This document shows positions 56,686 through 59,652 of a stretch of DNA of 59,652 bases, one piece after another. Below the pieces are notes generated by a model, which had not been told where the DNA came from, did no database searches, and worked only from the letters and a program-made list of their open reading frames with translations. The DNA is from Candidatus Zambryskiibacteriota bacterium (GTDB lineage Bacteria > Patescibacteriota > Minisyncoccia > Phycocordibacterales > Zambryskibacteraceae). The position numbers and the translations under genes were made by a program. The stretch is taken from assembly GCA_016177225.1 (NCBI GenBank), contig JACOVQ010000002.1, positions 1 to 59,652 of the forward strand, given 5' to 3'. The first letter of the stretch is position 1; each line of letters starts with the position of its first letter.

Positions 56686-57525
56686 TCAAATATTATACAC
56701 TTCCTTCAAAATCTCGGCATCTTTCCTGCTTTCTTTTAATAATTCAATGTTTTTATCGCGTATCGACTCTAAAACTTTGAGACCTTTTTCATCTTTAACC
56801 TTATCTTTATATGAGCGGAGAAGCGCTTCAAAATCTTTAGGAAAGCAACGCCCACCGGCTCCACGTCCGCTCTTATGAATAGGTCGAGCGTAACGATTAG
56901 GGACAAATGGATCTGCCTGCATAGCTTCTTCGATCTTTCCCCAATTGGCTTCCAAAGCTTGCGAAAGGTCGTATATTAAGTTGAAGAAAATTATTTGGGT
57001 ATAGCCGCCGCAATTGTGCGCATACTTTATCAATTCGGCTTCTTCGCTAGACACAGTGGTAGAAAATGGAGCTTTAGGAAGAAGAGTATGGACCAGTTCT
57101 GCCGCTTTTTTATATGTATCAGTATCTTTAGGTATACCTACAATATTGGCAAATGGATGAGAGGTATCATATGCAACAGTCGCTTCGCTCAAGAATTCTG
57201 GAGAGTGTATCAGAATAACATCAGGATTTTCTTCTTGAAGTTTCTTTGTAAGACCAGGGTAAATCGTGGATTTAAGGATAGCGATTTTCCCTTTCCCAAC
57301 CAGAGGAATGACTGCACGAAGAATTGAAGCATCATAACCTTCCAGAGTAGTGGAAGTGGGCACCGCGATAAAGACCACATCGCAATCTTTAATTTTTGCT
57401 TCATTGGCAATGTAAGGCTCTTCTTTCGAATATCTAACAACTTCATATCCGCAAGATTCGAAATTATCGGCAAAATGTTTGCCGACCATCCCTTGACCTA
57501 TAAATCCTATTTTAATGTCTTTCAT
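56686..57525 (-). CDS. UDP-glucose/GDP-mannose dehydrogenase family (no C-terminal domain)
   Basis: GFIGQGMVG, IAVPT, KSTI, PEFLSE, AELIKY, GGRCFPKD; start MKDIK. Confidence 0.88.
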   Translation of the reverse strand: MKDIKIGFIGQGMVGKHFADNFESCGYEVVRYSKEEPYIANEAKIKDCDVVFIAVPTSTTLEGYDASILRAVIPLVGKGKIAILKSTIYPGLTKKLQEENPDVILIHSPEFLSEATVAYDTSHPFANIVGIPKDTDTYKKAAELVHTLLPKAPFSTTVSSEEAELIKYAHNCGGYTQIIFFNLIYDLSQALEANWGKIEEAMQADPFVPNRYARPIHKSGRGAGGRCFPKDFEALLRSYKDKVKDEKGLKVLESIRDKNIELLKESRKDAEILKEVYNI

Positions 57526-57529
57526 CCGG

Positions 57530-57889
57530 TGCGCGCGCCAAGGGTCGAACTTGGGACCTTTCGAGTGAGAAAGCGTGGGACGCTTTCGCAAGACCTTTTG
57601 AGATATTTTAAATAAATTTGATACCGAGCTTCGTGCGCGCACTTGGGGTCGAACCAAGGACCTTTCGAGTATCAGTCGAATGCTCTACCAACTGAGCTAT
57701 GCGCGCACGAAGCTAATTATACGATTTATTTATAAATATCCAAAAGGTGTACAGTTCCTGTAAGGAATCAGTCGAAGTCACAAGTCAAAGCCTACTGGCT
57801 TTGCTTGCGACCCCGCCTCGCGTCGTCACGCTCCGACCTTCCGGTCGGGTCCCACCCCGACCTCACTCCGCCAGCTGAGCTACACGCGC
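57530..57889 (-). other. Outer, interrupted tRNA-Ile(GAT)-like gene (segments 57864-57889, 57767-57776, 57530-57566)
   Basis: GCGCGTGTAGCTCAGCTGGCGGAGTG / TTCGACTGAT / ACTCGAAAGGTCCCAAGTTCGACCCTTGGCGCGCGCA assemble into a 73-nt cloverleaf. Confidence 0.75.
57634..57706 (-). tRNA. tRNA-Ile(GAT), intact, nested
   Basis: GCGCGCATAGCTCAGTTGGTAGAGCATTCGACTGATACTCGAAAGGTCCTTGGTTCGACCCCAAGTGCGCGCA. Confidence 0.95.
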
Positions 57890-57969
57890 CTTCGCCAAGC
57901 CATAGCTTGGCTTCGGCGACGCGAAGCGCGCTAAGACAAGCGAAGGCTAGATTACCAAAAGAATATATC

Positions 57970-57997
57970 AAAAAGCTCGCCATCTGGCGAGCTTTTT
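57970..57997. terminator. Bidirectional terminator downstream of 16S
   Basis: aaaaagctcgcca-tc-tggcgagcttttt. Confidence 0.8.
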
Positions 57998-58184
57998 GCA
58001 TTTGATTCATATCATTCTCTCTTTTGTTCCGGAGAGACTTACTCTCATACAAATCGTTTTTAGGACTACGATTATCGTCCTATGCCTTGCGGCAAAATCG
58101 ACCATATAAGTCCTTTCCCTATTCGGGAAGAACGGAATTATATTGAATTACTCCACGAGCAGGTTCTCCTACCCGTGCCTTGTT

Positions 58185-58950
58185 CATGTTCTACCCTCAT
58201 GTCGCCATGAGGCACGGACTATATCATCACCCTTGTTTGAAGAATTTTCCCTTTGATAGGATGTGCTGATCCAATCTTTGAGGCAAAATTTTTATGAGAT
58301 TTTGCTCTTACATAGACTCTCCAGTAGTCCGGGTCAACACGTTCGCTAGGATTGTGTATTTTCCCTGTACTGATGTCTAACGTAGAGAGCATTCTCACAA
58401 GCTTCTCAATTTTAGTTCGATCTTTCTGAACTAGCTGAATATAGAATCCAGCTTTTACATTTCGAGGAACGCCTCCTTCGGCGTCAAAGAAACCTCTAAT
58501 ATATGCCGCTTTTTCTGCATTCGTAACCAGTGTTAGTGGATCGAATCGAAAATCAAGAAACTTCGCAAGTGTTTCCAATGTGTAGACTTCGCGATTTCTC
58601 TCTCTGTAGATCCAGGACTTATATCCAAGTTCCTGAAATAACTTTTGAAGAAACGTTAGCCATTCTGTACCCTTCTGGGTAAAACGGTATCGTTTCTTCT
58701 TATTGAGAGAGGCGTCGTGAAGCGCACCCAATAGATAAGCTTGTATTTCTTCACAAGGGGCTCGGCGTGTAGTCTCTGAGGGGTCAACAACGACTTCCCT
58801 GCTGATTCTCTGCACCTGTAACTTTGTTACAATTATGATACTTAATTATATCATAGCTGTAGTCCAGGATTCCCAGAATTTCCAGCATATAGCCAAGCTT
58901 ATTTTTCCAGAAATTACTTTCTGGCGTCGCAACGGACGCAGTTTGCGTCT
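58185..58950 (-). mobile_element. Group I intron at 16S position 1498
   Basis: Inserted after U of AAGUCGU and ends in G before AACAAGG; core motifs AATCAGCAGG, TCAGAGACTA, GATATAGTCC. Confidence 0.92.
58219..58815 (-). CDS. Intron-encoded LAGLIDADG homing endonuclease (start uncertain)
   Basis: YLLGALHDAS and YIRGFFDAEGG motifs. Confidence 0.9.
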   Translation of the reverse strand: MQRISREVVVDPSETTRRAPCEEIQAYLLGALHDASLNKKKRYRFTQKGTEWLTFLQKLFQELGYKSWIYRERNREVYTLETLAKFLDFRFDPLTLVTNAEKAAYIRGFFDAEGGVPRNVKAGFYIQLVQKDRTKIEKLVRMLSTLDISTGKIHNPSERVDPDYWRVYVRAKSHKNFASKIGSAHPIKGKILQTRVMI

Positions 58951-59325
58951 ACGACTTCGCCTTTGTCATTGAGTTTACCGTGGGCCCAGCCCCAGTTTTA
59001 CGATTTTAGAAAATTCTACTTCCTAAAACTGGGGCTGGGACTTCGGGTACTCCCAACTTCCCTGGCGTGACGGGCGGTGAGTACAAGACTTGAGAACGTA
59101 TTCACCGCGGTATGGCTGACCCGCGATTACTAGCAATTCCAACTTCATGGGGTCGAGTTGCAGCCCCCAATCCGAACTGACGCCGCTTTTCTTACGATTA
59201 GCTCGGGGTTACCCCGTCGCAACGCGTTGTGGCGGCGATTGTATTATGCGTGTAGCCCAAGGTATCAAGGGACATGCTGACCTGGCGTCATCCTCGCCTT
59301 CCTCCCCGATTTAAATTTTTGATTA

Positions 59326-59361
59326 AAGGTTCGACCTTTAGAATTCCCAAGGTCGAACCTT
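59326..59361. repeat. REP-like inverted doublet within an extended 16S helix (~h40)
   Basis: aaggttcgacctt ... aaggtcgaacctt inside ccccgatttaa...ttaaatcgggg. Confidence 0.8.
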
Positions 59362-59621
59362 GGGAACTTCAAAAACTTAAATCGGGGCAGTCTCGCCAGA
59401 CACTTATAACTGGCAACGAGGGTTGCGTTCGTTACCCCACTTAAGGGAACAGCTCAAACCACGAACTGACGACGGCCATGCATCACCTGTCCAGCACATA
59501 CCTTTCGGTATTCTGCTCATTTCTGAGACGGCATTATGTGCTGGGTTTCTAACCTTGGTAAGGTTCTTCGTTTACCTACGAATTAAACCGCATAATCCAC
59601 TGCTTGTGCAAGTCCCCGTCT

Positions 59622-59652
<31 letters not shown>

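Noticed and set aside
2170..57525. Alternative genetic code (UGA=Gly)
   Set aside because: Core genes are full length in code 11, and TGA serves as a stop (e.g. murJ).
57530..57566. attR-type duplication of the tRNA-Ile 3' end
   Set aside because: Not identical to the intact tRNA (compensatory changes), matching 5' pieces lie on the other side, and there is no integrase.
57530..57889. tmRNA
   Set aside because: The acceptor stem lacks the GGG start and G3-U70 alanine identity, and a full D-arm and Ile anticodon arm are present.
57525..58052. N-terminal extension of the dehydrogenase ORF and the ORFs at 57792-58052 and 57805-58005
   Set aside because: They overlap tRNA sequence and hairpins; the dehydrogenase start is better placed at 57525.

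Overview
Chromosomal segment of a Patescibacteria (CPR, Parcubacteria-like) bacterium. The taxonomy is inferred from the intron-bearing 16S gene, the streamlined housekeeping proteins and the gene content. The window holds housekeeping genes (tsaD, valS, lepA, murJ, gatB, obg, secA, signal peptidase I), tRNA-Arg/Phe/Ile, rnpB, a REP-associated tyrosine transposase, and a 1522-aa HTH-TM-fibre protein. It also carries a ~25 kb surface-glycan locus (O-antigen-ligase-like gene, neuABC, flippase, many glycosyltransferases) and the 3' part of a 16S gene with a LAGLIDADG group I intron at position 1498. The most unusual observation is an intact tRNA-Ile(GAT), with its own -10 box, nested in the anticodon loop of a second, interrupted tRNA-Ile(GAT) whose stems show compensatory changes. 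At least three families of short palindromic or heptamer repeats are inserted in-frame in essential proteins and in structured RNAs, and candidate mobilising genes (RAYT, four-helix-bundle) lie in the same window. The 16S 3' end has no anti-Shine-Dalgarno sequence, native genes look leaderless, and apparently imported genes keep strong SD motifs. Other points are a MITE at a start codon, an inverted-repeat-bounded cassette abutting a tsaD with no ATG at its conserved start, and a 25-aa protamine-like peptide. All calls come from reading the sequence; no searches were run.
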